64,000 nucleotides of DNA from Lingula anatina (lineage: Eukaryota; Animalia; Brachiopoda), in assembly GCA_051362555.1 (NCBI GenBank), contig CM120645.1, positions 8,184,001 through 8,248,000 of the forward strand, given 5' to 3'. Shown here in pieces: positions 1 to 14,950 of the stretch (position 1 is its first letter; every line of letters begins with the position of its first letter). Under the pieces are notes generated by a model. The model was given only the letters and a program-made list of their open reading frames with translations. It searched no databases and was not told the origin of the DNA. A program made the translations under genes and the position numbers.

Positions 1-405
1 ACACACTCAGTACAACTGCAGTAAATAGTAAATAGTTTAATTAAAAAATTTTGTGAATATCAGTATCTTCCAAGGTGACATCAAAAGGTACATCATTGTT
101 TTTTTGTTATCTGACGGATAATATTTCCTTTATTCTGGTCAGCTGTCTGCTTGAAGTGTTTCCTTTACTCTGATTGGTTAAAATCCATCAATTATTTTAT
201 CAGCAGTCAATATTATATTTGGTGATTATGCCATTTATATGCAGTTTTCTCAGACCTCGGATTCACCAATATAAGATCGTAATCTTTTCTGATTATATAA
301 TAATAGTAATGAAATTCAATATAAACATCAGAATAATAGATTTGCCATATACTGAGCAATACTTATCATGATGTTAATATTGTTGTTATGGTATCTGTTG
401 AACAG

Positions 406-3400
406 CTTGGCCAAGTCCGAAAATGGTGGAAATTGGGTAACGGCAGATAAGAAGAATGATTCCTTAACCTACAACTTCTACCTTAACCTGTGTCGGCCCC
501 TGAATCCAGTCAACGTAGAGAGTGGATGTGACCCCACCGCTGCCATTTGCATGACAACCATAACAAATAGACAGGTAAATAACGGGAAGCATTAAAAGTT
601 ATTCCTGGTCCATATGTGTTCTATTGTTTTGTGGATGTCAATAATTAAAGGTCATTGGTATCAAAGAAATCAGCAAAAATGTCACGAAATAAGATAACAA
701 CTGCAGAAGCAGACACCTATTCGTAAAAGTGAGATTTGAAAATATAAACTGAAAAAAGGAAGGCAAAAGAAAATTTGAACAGAGATCAAGTAGATGAATA
801 GCTCTATAAGTTATGCATCATAGAGCCGTCTTATTCTGTCATATACTACTACAGTAACAGCAACTGTTGTCCAAACACAAAAAATTATAACGAAAAGATG
901 AAGAGGACACTGCTGTTCAAATGCTATCTGTATGTAGTGACTAAAATGACAGCTAAAGAACTGCAGCAGGTTATCCAGTATGCTATGCTGTTGTATGATT
1001 TCACAAAAACCAAACAAATTCAAATAACCAAAAGTAAAAACCATCTTAAAACATCCCCCCCTTGACCTTATAATAAAAAGGCTGACTCTTCATGTCCTCA
1101 TAATCTTCCTCTTATACTGACCAAAGAAGGCAAATAAATAAATAAATGAAGGAAGGATTGAATAAATTAAATGAAAAACAGGTAAAAAAGAAAGTTGCTC
1201 TTCATTTCAGGAGAAAGTTTCCATATCAAACATGGGTGAGGCCAAGACCAGCCCCAGGGTCAGCCAGACCGATGAGGGACCAGACATATTGATAGAGTAC
1301 CTGAATGGAGGGCAGTGCACCTTGTCCAATGGCACTTTGACACAGTACAGCACCAGGATCCATTTTATTTGTAAGAAAGGAGATTTGGTAAGTAGCAGGG
1401 ATGGAGGTTTTCTTATTTTATGGTTGATACTGTCCTTTTTGGTGGAAATGCAAGTTAAGGAAATTTTATGTAGAATTTTTAGCAGCTATCTAGACACCAC
1501 ATTTCTGTGTTTTAGACGTCTAACCCTAACAGCTACATAGATATCACATTTAGAGTATATTCTAGACATTTGACCTATATATCACATTTCTCCTATTATG
1601 TCTTTATTCTAGACATTTGGCCTATACATCACATTTTTATATTCTAGACATCTGACCTTTATATATCACATTTCTATATTCTAGACATATTACCTTTATA
1701 TATCACATTTCTATATTCTAGACATCTGACCTATATATCACATTTCTCTATTCTAGACCTCTGGCCCTAGCAGCTACCAGGTTGACAGCTGTACCTACGT
1801 ATTTCGCTGGGAGACGGAGGCTGCCTGTGACATCAAGGATACAGAGGGTGGCAATGGCGAACCTTGCACGGTGAAAGATCCCAACTCTGAGTATGTCTTC
1901 AATCTTCAGCCTCTCAGGAAAACAGGAGGAGAGGTGTACTTGGTTCATGATGCTGTTAATAACCAAAATTACATGGTAAGACTGCAGAGGATTGTGTATG
2001 TCTGTAACATTGTGTATGCCTGTGACACTGTGCCTGTTCATGGATTGTGTATGTCTGTGACACTGTGCCTGTTCATGGATTGTGTATGTCTGTGACACTG
2101 TGCCTGTTCATGGATTGTGTATGTCTGTGACACTGTGCCTGTTCATGGATTGTGTATGTCTGTGACACTGTGCCTGTTCATGGATCGTGTATGTCTGTGA
2201 CACTGTATTGATGTGCCAAGCTACAGCATTTTGTTTGATTTAACATTTGGTGAATTTTGCATATATCATTGTGTCTCAGCATGTTAAGTTCTGCTTTTGT
2301 TTTCCCTGGCACGGCTGACACTTTAGCCTTGATCACAGTGATGGCACTGTCAAGTAATGTGTTGATTTTAAATGCACATCTCCAAGAAAATTAAAGGTAA
2401 ATATTAACACAATTTATTATTCATTCAAAGAGTAAAATCGTGTAAATGCATAGCAATGGCAGCCCATGGTATATTCTGTTTTATTTGTAATTTTGAAGTA
2501 ATATATTAATTTATTAATCCTGTCTGTTAGGTGAACATCTGTGGTAACCTGAGCACCCAGGTGACCAGTTGCCGTGGCGCCGCGGCCTGTCAGGTCTCCA
2601 GTGATAACAGCACGGGAAACAGACTGGGCCCCTACTACACCAACTCTACCCAGCTGGAGTACTCTGATGACGGCCAGCTGAAGCTGACTTACTATGGGGA
2701 CAGAGACGTGAGCACAGGTAAGGTATAGGACAAGGTGTCTGGCTCAACAGAGAGTGTCCACTTTATAGGTTATTTGTATGATTTCTGTAACAGCTGTGGC
2801 TGGGATCATTTTTTTGGGTGGGGTTAACGTGTGATGTCATGTACATGACTGGCCAGCAATAAGGGCACAGGCATATAGAAATTACATGGAAGCCTATGGG
2901 AATTGGTGAGTTGGAGTTCTGCCAATATCTGACTGTGTCATTTATCACAGAAAAGATCCTTTATGCATATATCCTAGCATAGCTGTTCTAATAAATTATT
3001 TTGGGCAAGAGTAAGTGGATTTAAGAATTAAATTACCAGTCAAAAATCCACTGTTCTGTTATGGTTTGGAAACTGTGTATCCTGAGGTTTACTTCAGACC
3101 AGTAGTAGTTAAACTTTGTGATGTTCTTTCTCCATAGGGATGCGTACAACCACAGAAATAACCTTCACCTGTGACAAGACAGTCCCTTTGGGGGCACCAG
3201 TGTTCTCCAAGCAAGAGGGACACAAGTACATCTTCACCTTTCACACATCCCTGGCCTGTCCTCCTGAGCCAGTCGAATGCAGTGTGTACGATCACTATGG
3301 CAACATGTACGACCTGAATCCATTGTCAAAAACAACTGGGAACTGGCAGGCAATAGACACCAAGGAGGGCGACACGAATAGCGTCTACTATATCAATGTG

Positions 3401-5816
3401 TGCAGACCTATCAACATGGTGGCCGGCTCCAGTTGTCCAGGTAAAACTTGTCTTAAAAATTAATGATCATTTTCAAATAATGCATTATTATAACTGATTT
3501 TCATTCTAGAAAACATGGTGTTTTTTTACTGTCCTCTTAAAATATTTTAACATATTTTCAGATTTTGAAGTTATGCCAGGCATTGTCATATATGCCTAAG
3601 ATATTGTGTGAATTTCTGTATTTTGAATTATTAAAGCTGTTAGTTGCTGTCCATGGTTTTGCACCTTTTATCAACATGTTTGAACAATACCACATCTGCT
3701 ATGATACAGCATATCCCATCTTGCATATAAACTATTTATTGCTACGAGTTTCATTTTTTGGCCACTTTTAAATTGCATTTAATGCCATGTAAAAAAGAAT
3801 AGATTGAAAATTTTCATTTCAAAAATGGACTGTGTTTTAATTCAATCACCAGTCCGTTATGGCCTATAATGTATCACATCACTGGTGGTACAAAACCAGG
3901 AGGTGTTGTCTCGTCTCTGATCCTCTAGTTCATTCACCAGTCAGTTATGGCCTTTCAAGTATCCTATCACGTATCCTATCACTGTATTACAGGTGGACCT
4001 GTAGGTGGATGTGTTGTCAAAAGCACCGGCTCCCACAGCATGGGTTATATACAGAGCAAACCTGTGGTGGCAGCGAATGGGACCGTCACGGTCAGGTACA
4101 TAGGGGGCGCCCTGTGTCACCTCGGAAAAGAAAATCAGAATCATCGCAGCACAAGGATTATATTTTCTTGCGCAGAAAAGGAGGTAATTATTCCTTTTAT
4201 TCATGGGTTGAATTCTTGTTTGACATGCATGTGCATTCATAGGGAACATGCATGCATGCATGCACACACCTAGTCACAGTGTAAGTTATCTGTTTTGAAA
4301 GATGGTTTATTCTTTTGGATTTGTTATAATAATTATTATTTATTTATTATTACCAAACTTGCAACCAGAGGGTTGGATAATTACAATCATTGCATCATAG
4401 TTGAATAAAACCATTAGTAGGTAAGAATAAAGGACTATTGAAAGCGTATGTAAACTAATTTAAAACAAAATAACTAAAATGCAAGGTTAAAAAATAAAGT
4501 CTATCAGTTAATTCTGAAACTTGTATATGGCACTTGTTAAAAAGTCACTCATTGATTGTTTGGTTTAAATTTTAAGTCTTTGAATGCTTCCTGTTCCCTT
4601 AATGAATATTTGACATTTTGTTTTGGTTGTAAAAGATAATGCAGTCTATGATCCAGTTCATTTGATATACTAATAAACAATTTTTTGCATGCATTAAGCC
4701 GTCTTTCACTCAGTAGTTCATGTTTACTATGTTCACAAACAGCGTCATGTTCAAGATCAGGATAAATTATCTTAAGAGCTCTTTCTTGAGACTTTTCTAC
4801 TAGGGCAGTCAATTCATTCGTTAACCAAAAGTGTCAGACAGGGGCAGCATATTCTAAAACTGACCTTATGACTGTCTGGTAATAAGTTACAAGGTCATCA
4901 GTTGTAAGGCCTGCATGCTTCAGGTGCTGTAGGAAATAAATCCTTTTGCTTGCTTTTTTGGTGATTTGGTCTACATGTACCTTTGGTCTACATGCACATG
5001 TGAGATCCTTAGAGATATACACTCCAAGTAATATAAATGATTCTACAAATTCAATAACTGGGCAAGGTTGTGGTACACATGCAAATAAACTAACATTGTA
5101 GCATTATGGTGGAAATATTATAGCACATGGAGCAATTCTTAGTATTTTTATAGGTGGCTTTTGTAATCATAGCAGTATATTTCATTCATTTTTAGCATGG
5201 TCCAGTGTTCTATCATAAAATTGACTGTGAATACTTTTTTACTTGGGATACACCAGCAGCATGCCCAGTCAGGGTAAGTAAGGTTAAGACTATGAAATAC
5301 CATCAGATATGGATGTAAGAATTTAAGGAAAAAAAAAGGCGTACTAAAGCTGTTAGTGAATAGTTTAAGCTGTAATATTAAAATGTTAAAACCTTGAATG
5401 ATATGAGCAGTTGGGTACTGTACGCCAAGATATGTGCAAAAATCCTTCATTCTTGCTCTCTGGAGATGTTTCCTTTAATAAAAAGATAATGATATTACTA
5501 TTACAATTTTTTTCATTCAGCTAATATATCTAAAAATATACATAAGAAATAGTGTTTTTATATATAAATGTATGTTCCAGAGAGAAATTGGTGCCAGTTG
5601 TGCCGTTAGGGATCCAGTTTATCACTACCCATACAACCTGAATGGCTTGAGGAACACCACCACGCCTTATAACGTGTCTGCAGACGGCAGCTGGTTTCTC
5701 CTCAACGTGTGTGATGACATCAAGAAGGGTTCTGCGAATTGCGATCCTGGCAGACACGTGGGAAGCTGTCAGGTAGAGAAAGTACTGAGTGGAGTACCAG
5801 GGTCATGGAGCGCAGG

Positions 5817-5896
<80 letters not shown>

Positions 5897-7475
5897 GCTT
5901 TTTTTAACACATTTTCATTTATGGAAGAAACGTACATTTTGCTCTTATAAAAGCTATTAAGTGAAAACGTGTGATATAACTTGAACCATGCTGATGTATT
6001 ATGATAATTAAAAGGAGTATTTTTTGATGGGAATAATATCTCCAGGTATAGCCAATGGAAATCTCATGTATGAAGATGGCATAATGAGCCTGAAGTACAC
6101 TGGAGGCGATGGAAGTTGCCGTGGCAACCATACCCGCTCAACCTTGATCAGATTTCAGTGCGATCACTCAACGTCAGGGGTCACCAAAGGCCCTATGTTT
6201 ATCGAAAGAACAGATGACTGTATGTACGTGTTTGAATGGAGGACGTCGTATGCGTGTGCCCTGTTCAAAGTAGTCGAGTGCATTTACCGTGATGCCCAGA
6301 ACAACCAGTACGACCTGAGCAGTTTAACCTTGGCCAGGGGCAATTATAACGTCACTGATTCGGCTTCTCCACGCAAAAAGTTCATCATCAATGTCTGCTC
6401 CACTGTAGTCCATGAAAAAAGTAGGCACTGTTACAACTAATATTGCATTTGATATTTAGACTTTGAAATTCATCTTTTCAGCATTTTCTTGATATTTTTG
6501 AGCTTCTTACTTATTGATTCAAACTCATTTTAACTGTTATTAATAGCCACATATATGTACTATCAAATACAGGACAATTTTTTTTAACTAGATTGTTATA
6601 ACAGGCAGTATTGAGGACTGTATAAATGTAACCCTTGCTTTCATTTATATATAATTATTATATTTTGAGAAAACTTGATCACACTATCGGGTATGATCAT
6701 ATCTAACCATGGCTAACTCAGACACATTTTTCTTTTAAAAATGTCTCTCTTGATTGTAGATGTAATGTGTCCCCATAAGTCTGCAGCCTGCCTGATCAAT
6801 CTGGATGAAAGAAACTATACAAAGAGGTATGCTTGTTGTTTTGTAAGAATATGCAAAAAAGGACTTGCAGCAAACTCAAAATATACAGTCAAGTAAGGAA
6901 GACAGAAATGACATTGAAATTGAATTGGAATCTATAAGGCTCCTTCACTTTTACTGTGAAGTTATATTATTTTAGTTTAAAAAATTGAGATATTGTACCG
7001 TATTGAAAGATTGCTGTGCAGGTAATGAAATTTTTATGGAAAGATTACAGTTATGAAAAAAGTGATGTCACTCATATATGCATGGTGTTTATGTTTATAA
7101 TAACCATAATAATTATGCTTTCTACTTGTATATTAATATTTAACCTTTATCCTATAGATTTCATGATCTTGGAGAGGTGACTGACCAGCCGTTCTCTATG
7201 GTCAACAACAGACTGACCCTCACCTACACAAATGGAGAACCATGTGCTATGGGTAGTGGGAATTCTAAAACTATCATCACCTTTGAATGTGACCATGCTG
7301 CTATTGTAAGTACAATGATGATTGTATTGTGTGAGTGATGATGTTGAAATGACAAGTGTGTGATGTTGTGGTTGGGTCATTGTGACAGTGTGGAAGAGTA
7401 TTAAGGCAGTAGGTAAATTTGTGATAAAAAGTTTTCATATATAACACATTTATTTGCATGTATTTGGAATGGACT

Positions 7476-7533
<58 letters not shown>

Positions 7534-10011
7534 AGAGAGATGAAAATTTAAAAACTTTTAGTTCTGTTGAGAGCTAATATTAATAATTAAAAAGTTAAAG
7601 AGTTAGATGATTTTCAAGTATCTTTTTTCTTCTTCCTCTTATTATTATTATTATTATTATTATTAATTGGTTTCTCCAGGATACCAATCCCGTGTACACT
7701 CTGACAGAGAACTGTGACTACCACTTTATGTGGAGAACCAGTGCAGCGTGTCCTGTGAATCACGGAGGAGATACGATCAGGAATAACTGCACTGCTGTCA
7801 ACCCAGTAACAGGTACTCTCACTCTGTCGTACTGTGTCACATAGTGTCATGTGTCACATAGTGTCATACTGTGTCACATAGTGTCATACAGTGTCATACT
7901 GTGTCACACAGTGTCATACTGTGTCATACTGTGTCACATAGTGTCATACTGTGTCACATAGTGTCATACAGTGTCATACTGTGTCACTTAGTGTCATACT
8001 GTGTCACATAGTGTCATACTGTGTCATATAGTGCTACATAGTGTCACACAAACTGTCATTGCTCTACCCTCTGACACATCACACTTACACTCTGACACTG
8101 CCACACTGTGTCAAAAATATATCCTGCAGATATAATACTTATTCAGTATATGATCTGTGCTCTGTCATTGTCATACCCTATGAATGTCAATGTAGCAATG
8201 TCACTGTCACAACGTCACAGTGATACTCTTCAGATGTGGTACTCAATATGAATCTGTCACTTGACATTTAACTATATTCACTAAATATTAAATGCTCTAT
8301 CATTGGGTTTCAGGTTACACATTTGACTTGAAATCATTGGCCAAGGACACTGGGTACAGTGTGAGAGACGCCAGTGGGCAGAGGATGGATATAAACATCT
8401 GTGCTCCTGTGAAGAATGCTCCCGTGGGATGTGGGGACAATTCAGGTTCGATATGGCTATCAAAGCGCTTGTTCTTTCATTAGCACAACCACCCACAATG
8501 CCTCAGTGAATACATTGACACACTGTTAGACAATGTGACACAATATTTTATACCTAAAATACACCTTTGCTGATATGCTGAACTCAGTTGCACCAAACAC
8601 AATGTAACATGTCTAGGACAAGAGATACACCTTTGCAAATATGTCATACATCATATTAAACACGATGTAATATTAAACACAGCACTTCATCGCGACAGTT
8701 TCATGTCCCCTAACACACAGCACGTAATCTTTTACAGGAGCCTGTCAGACAGTCGTGACCAATGAGAGGCACTCTTACAACAGTGGCATAGCCAATGCGA
8801 GGTTACAATACGATGATGGATCGTTGATGTTAAACTATTCCGGAGGCGATAAATGCCCGAATACTGGGCTGTCCAGGAATACGATCATTACCTTTGTGTG
8901 TGGGGCACAGGGTTCGGGGACGGGGACACCTCAGTATATTGACGATGTGGATGGGTGTACATTTTATATTGTGTGGCATACAGAATTGGCTTGTGAAACA
9001 CAGGTGAGGCACAGAAAATAGGCCAAGGGCTGTTAAATATGTGACTGATATGAAATGTTGATCTTAAATACAGGTTTGTTAGTAAACAGTATTGATGTTG
9101 TAAACAGGTCAGTGATAAAGCAACGGGTGGACAGACATGACACATAGACATTACATTTTCAATTTGAATTAGATAATTGCTTTTTTGAGTGGGTTTTCTG
9201 CCTTAAGTTGCACCCCCTCCCCCCTCCCCTCATCCCTCCAGGTCACCATGTCATGTCATCCTACTCAGAATTATGTATGTAAATGTTAGCAGTAGAATAT
9301 ACTTAAGTCTGATAGCCATAACATTGACTTTGATACTGATAATGTGTATTTCAATACCAGGTACACTGTGCAGTGGACACTGCCCAGGGCACTATTGACC
9401 TGTCCCCTCTCATTAAGTCAAGTGGTCACCACCTGGCCATGAACACGGCCCCAGACTCCAAGGACCCCGGAGCCACCTTCTACATCAACATCTGCCGTCC
9501 TCTCAACCCTATCCAAGGAACGCTGTGTCCAGCGGGGGCATCTGCTTGCAGAGTGAAGACTGGAGACTCTCCTCTGGTGAGAACATGTGGCTTTTCTACC
9601 CAGCATTGTTCTGCTTGCTGTTTGGCATTTTAATACAGTTTTTTCACTTTTTCACACCTGTCTTTTTTTAAATGAAGCAAAATGTTCACAATTAAACACA
9701 CTACATAACACATAACATCTAGTTTAGATCAAAATAAATGAAATGTTTTAGTCTTGAAATCAAGAAAATTTTCTGCTGAAATTATAATGTGACACAGGCC
9801 ACAAAGATTGATATTGTCATTATTTTGGTATTTCTTGCAGGGTCTAGGGAAGTCCCGTGCCCCTCCATCCGTGGACACGTCCTCTGGTAAGGTGACACTG
9901 ATTTATGACCACGGTGACAAGTGCAGTTCCAATCCAGCCAAGAACATCAGCTCCAGGGTGATATTTGAGTGCCAGCAGGGCTCACAGCAGGTATTATATA
10001 ACACACACACA

Positions 10012-10049
<38 letters not shown>

Positions 10050-13000
10050 AATACACTAATGCAGCCAATCTTATACACCCATAACTTGACATTTTAACTG
10101 GTGAAAACATCATATCAAGGATAATTACATCAGCAGTCTACTAAACAGGTTTGGAATTTACTTTTTAAATAAAAAACATTTGATACAATAAGTCCAACAA
10201 CCATTGCTCATAACATTTTCCAGTTCATAAAATGATTATTCTACGTAAATTGCAGGGCCAGCCTTATCTAGAGGATGTGACAGACTGTGAGTATGTATTT
10301 GTTTGGAGAACCAACATCATTTGCCCAGAAGCCACTCCAGTGGTTCATGACCAGTGTACCTTCTATGATAGCAAGACCAGACACACCTTTGATTTAACAT
10401 CCCTCAGAAAGACTTCATCAGATGGACAGGGCTATTATCAGGTATGGTCTGTTAAATGTGATGGGAAGTATTAAGTTCTGTTGTGCATGCTCCGATTCAA
10501 GGGGGACATCTTAAATTAGTTGGTAGGTCCAGTCAGTGTGTATGCCTGACTGAGCTTATTTGTTAGAATTCTTCATTCTGTGGTGCACAACTATAATAAG
10601 ACTTGATAAACATTTTATGGTACGAGATCATTATATTCAGAAAATGGTCTTATTACATGTAAGAGTGTTTGGTAAATACTCTAAGATTTGTTAGTTTTGT
10701 GCCTATGCCCAAATCACCGAAACTGTTTTGCTCATGAAATTTGAAAAAAAAAAATTGAAAAAAAAAAAAATGGAAACTTATTAATTTATAATATTAATAT
10801 TTATGTCAATGTCATCATATCTCAGGTTTCAGACTACAAGTTAAATGTGTGCGGTCCTCTGTATGGGGTCTCCAGCAGTTGCAGCAGTGCAGGGGTTTGT
10901 AAGAGCGACAGTGTCGTGTTTGGTTCTGCAGCCTCCTCCACCATCACTTATGAAGGTGGGATGCTAAAGCTAACATACACCGACGGGGGAACCTGCGCTA
11001 GTAGTGGTAAGTAGATAGAGTTTTCTGAAACCAAATCAGGATACTTATCTGTTCATCTGAAAAAAAAGAGAATTTGGCCAAAGTACAAAACACCCTATGT
11101 ATAGCAGTAGTGCCCATTCAGGTCAGTTGGAAAATTGTTTTAAAATATTTTACCATTTCAAAATTTATATTTTTTTATAATGTAAATTTCCATTTTTGAA
11201 GTTATTTTATTTGTTTTTAGGACCTGGAAAAGCATCATCCCAAATTATATTTGAGTGTGACAGAACAGCAGGGGCAAGCCAGCCAACATTACTGACTGTA
11301 AGTTTTGTCATCACATTGTTCCATAAACACAATGTTTGTAAGTGTCCAGCGCAGTGACACATTGCCATTTAAAGTAATGTCTCTCAATTCATTGACATTT
11401 CTGCTGCAGAGACACGCTGTCAGAACCAGTTCTTCAATGTTTACTATATTGCATTACCACAATTTTTTATTGTTGTAGAAACATAATGTCAACCAGTGAT
11501 ACTTTGCATCAGTTATATTGCCACATTGTCATTGTTACTTTGAAATTGATGTTGATGAAAGTAGCCCACTGTTGCCCAATGTCTCAAAGTGTTACCTGTT
11601 TGGTCTCATTGTCCATGTCACAGTATACTGTTGACCTATGGTATTCATTCCATATTATAATTGTTGCCAATGTAATCGTGTTTGCAAATTGCTTATCATA
11701 TGTTATAAATGAATATGTCACCTGGAATAAACGGAAAAGATATTGTGTAAAATAAACATAGGTATATAAAGTTGGCTTTTATCATTGCCGCAGTATTACA
11801 AGATGAATTGCTTTTTCTTTTGTACAAAATCTGATTTATAAAGTATTTTAATCTCCTTTGTCATACTTTTCAGCAAAGTGCTTGCGATGTTGCTTTCACA
11901 TGGAAGACTCCCTTGGCCTGTCCTCCTGTGACAGAAGAGTGCTTTCTGTCTCATGGCGGCAATTTGTACGATCTGCGCCTTCTGTCCAGAGAAACTGGAA
12001 GTTGGAAAGTTGAGGATGCTGATGGAAATATGTGAGTAGAAACTGACTGAAATATATTATACCAAATGCCTTTGGTGCGTGACCTAATTGTTTGATCACA
12101 TAGGTTTTTCTTTTAAGTTTATAAGGCTTTACCTTATTGTTTGATCACACAATATTTATTATTGGTACTGGATAAATGGGTTTAAATGGATTCTTTATGA
12201 TCTAGATATTCTTTGCTTAATTATAGACACCAATTGTTATTTGATTTTCTGAGTGATGTTAGAGTACATTTTTATTATAATAAATTCCTGGGTTCGCCCC
12301 TGGTCTGTATATTACTGTTATATTTGTAGGTACTGGATTAATGTATGTCAGGGGATTCACAGCGGGCATGAACAGTGTCCGTCAGATGCTGCAGTCTGTA
12401 TAAAACAGAAAGACGGAACGGTCAACTCATTAGGCTCGGTAATAACACAGCAACTCACAATGGAGGGTAAGTGACATGTTATGTATATGCTTGATACTTG
12501 AAAAATCATTTAGGAGTGTTATTTAAGAGCTTCCATAAACTTAATTTAAAATACTCAAAAGTATCAAGATAATTTACACTGAGGCATAATTTTGTGTTTA
12601 TTTATGTTTCAGGGGATGACAACGTTTTAGTACTGAAATACACCGCCAGGGGTAATGCTTGTGGCCATGGCAACCCTTCAGCTTCTACAGTTATTAAATT
12701 CCAGTGCAGTAACACAGTTGGAGGACCAGTTTTTATACCAAGGTGTGTAATTCACTGATGGGAAGTTTTATTTCAATGTGCCTTTTTTTCAACTCACAGT
12801 AGGGTGACCTGTGGTACATGATTAACAGAAGTCTGTAGTTTATGTATTGTGGTAGGGGAACCTATTTTAATGCCAAATTATGCTTTTTGTTAACATAGGA
12901 GGTGACGTGTTTGTTTTTCTACTATTTCTAACCCAAAAAATTAACCCCAAAGTGCATTATATTATTTAAATGCTATTTTGTCAACTACTTGTTCAACAAA

Positions 13001-14893
13001 GATTCAATTGATGCTGAAAGTTTCAAAAATGTGATTATACCCTAGAAGAGTACTATGGATAATAATATAAGATGATAATAATAGAAGATAATAATCTTGA
13101 TGGTGCCAGTGCTGTTTTTGGCATCCAAACTATCAGTTACATACAATACAAGTGGAATGATTTTTTTCATTGCCATTTCTAACAAAATGTTTCTTCTTAT
13201 CCAGCCAAGACCAGACAGGCAAATGTGAGTTTAATTTCCTCTGGAAAACCTCCATTGCCTGCAAGGAGGAAGTGGAGAGTCTGAAAAATGAGAATGGCAT
13301 ACTCCAGGACCCTAAGACACAAGGTGTGATAGACCTGAGAAATATCTCTCAAAAGTGAGTACTTGATTTTTGTAACCATATTTTATAGAAGAACTTTAGC
13401 CCCAGATTTTGTCAAAATTTAAAGTCCTAAAATTTGGTATCCTTTTACTTATGATGGATCCAGTCCACTGAAATAAAATAAAAATATGTGTTGCTCTGAA
13501 ACATACTTCCATGTCTTTTTTGTTGTAAAAAAGGGACAATATTTCTTATTGGCTACTCTATCAGGCTACTCTCATAACTGTGATATATTTTTAGTCAAAG
13601 TAGACAAAAAATTGGTCTTGCTAAAAGTGCAGACCAATTTCTGGGCTTAAACTCTTAGGTGCCACAAGCCCATGAAGTTTGGAATTTATTCCCATTTTCC
13701 AGATATCATTATGCAGATGAGCTGCGTGGCTCCGACCACTACAGATACCTCATAGACCTGGGCTCTGGAGAGGCCGTCTCTGATGTGCCAGAATGCAAAG
13801 GTGCTGCCATCTGTCAGACAAAAGTGGGGGCGCAATTCTACAGACATTTAGGCACCATGAACAGCAGCAAGTTCTACTTAGAAGGTAATGCAGCTTGGTA
13901 TTTGGTTTTCCAGAAGATGGTCAGATTTTCAGGTTTACATTAACAGGTGTTTAATTTTTTCTAACAGAAGACAGTCAAATATGGAGGATGAATCAACAAA
14001 GATAATTTGGAAGACTGTCAGAAATATCTCTGGATCCGCCCCAACAAAGCATAATCCAACCTGCTGGAGAAATATGAATAATTTTAAAACAGTGTGATTC
14101 TGTACAGATATCAGGTTCTTATTTGATATTTTTTGTGTTTCAGATAATGTGTTGGAGATGATAATGGAGTCTCCCAGTGCCTGTGGTAAGGATAACACGA
14201 AGACAGTGCGCACTATCATAGACTTCTATTGTACCGAGGAGTGGGTAAGTAGTGTGCACTGATTAACTCTTGACATTTAAGAGGAGAAAACAGGTTTTAT
14301 ATTTATAGTTAGTTTTTATTCATGAGCATATGTCATATTTAATTCCTCTTTTAAGGCTAATTTATCAAATCCTTTTTTAATGTTCAGCTATTCATTTTCA
14401 CCTTTAGCTCAAAGGAACATAATTTGTTATTTTTATAGTTTCATAAATTTATTGATTAAATATATATTATTCATTAACAATGTCCAGAACTATTAATATT
14501 AGACAGAAAATGTGGCAAGTCATTTTCTTTTGGCAAACAAATATTTATTACTTCATGACTGTAAATTCTCAACTCCAAAGCTGTTTATCATTACTTACAT
14601 TGTATATAAATCATTCCAGTACATTTATTGAAATAACTCTGATATATTTTCCACTGACACACTTATAAGAATGAATTGATAATCCTTTACATTCCAGGGA
14701 GAACCTGCATTTGACTTTGAGTCCCACTCCTGTGAATATCTCTTTGATTGGGGCACCCCAGCAGCATGTGTGCAGTTTGACATGTAGGTATCTCAAGCAG
14801 TGTACCTGCAAACTATGCATTTTACACTGATATACATATGCACTGGTACTCATGGCTATGTATGTATGTATGCATGTATGTACATGGCAACAT

Positions 14894-14950
<57 letters not shown>

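Noticed and set aside
1989-2207. CRISPR-like array
   Set aside because: Units are contiguous with no unique spacers, the context is a eukaryotic intron, and there are no cas genes.
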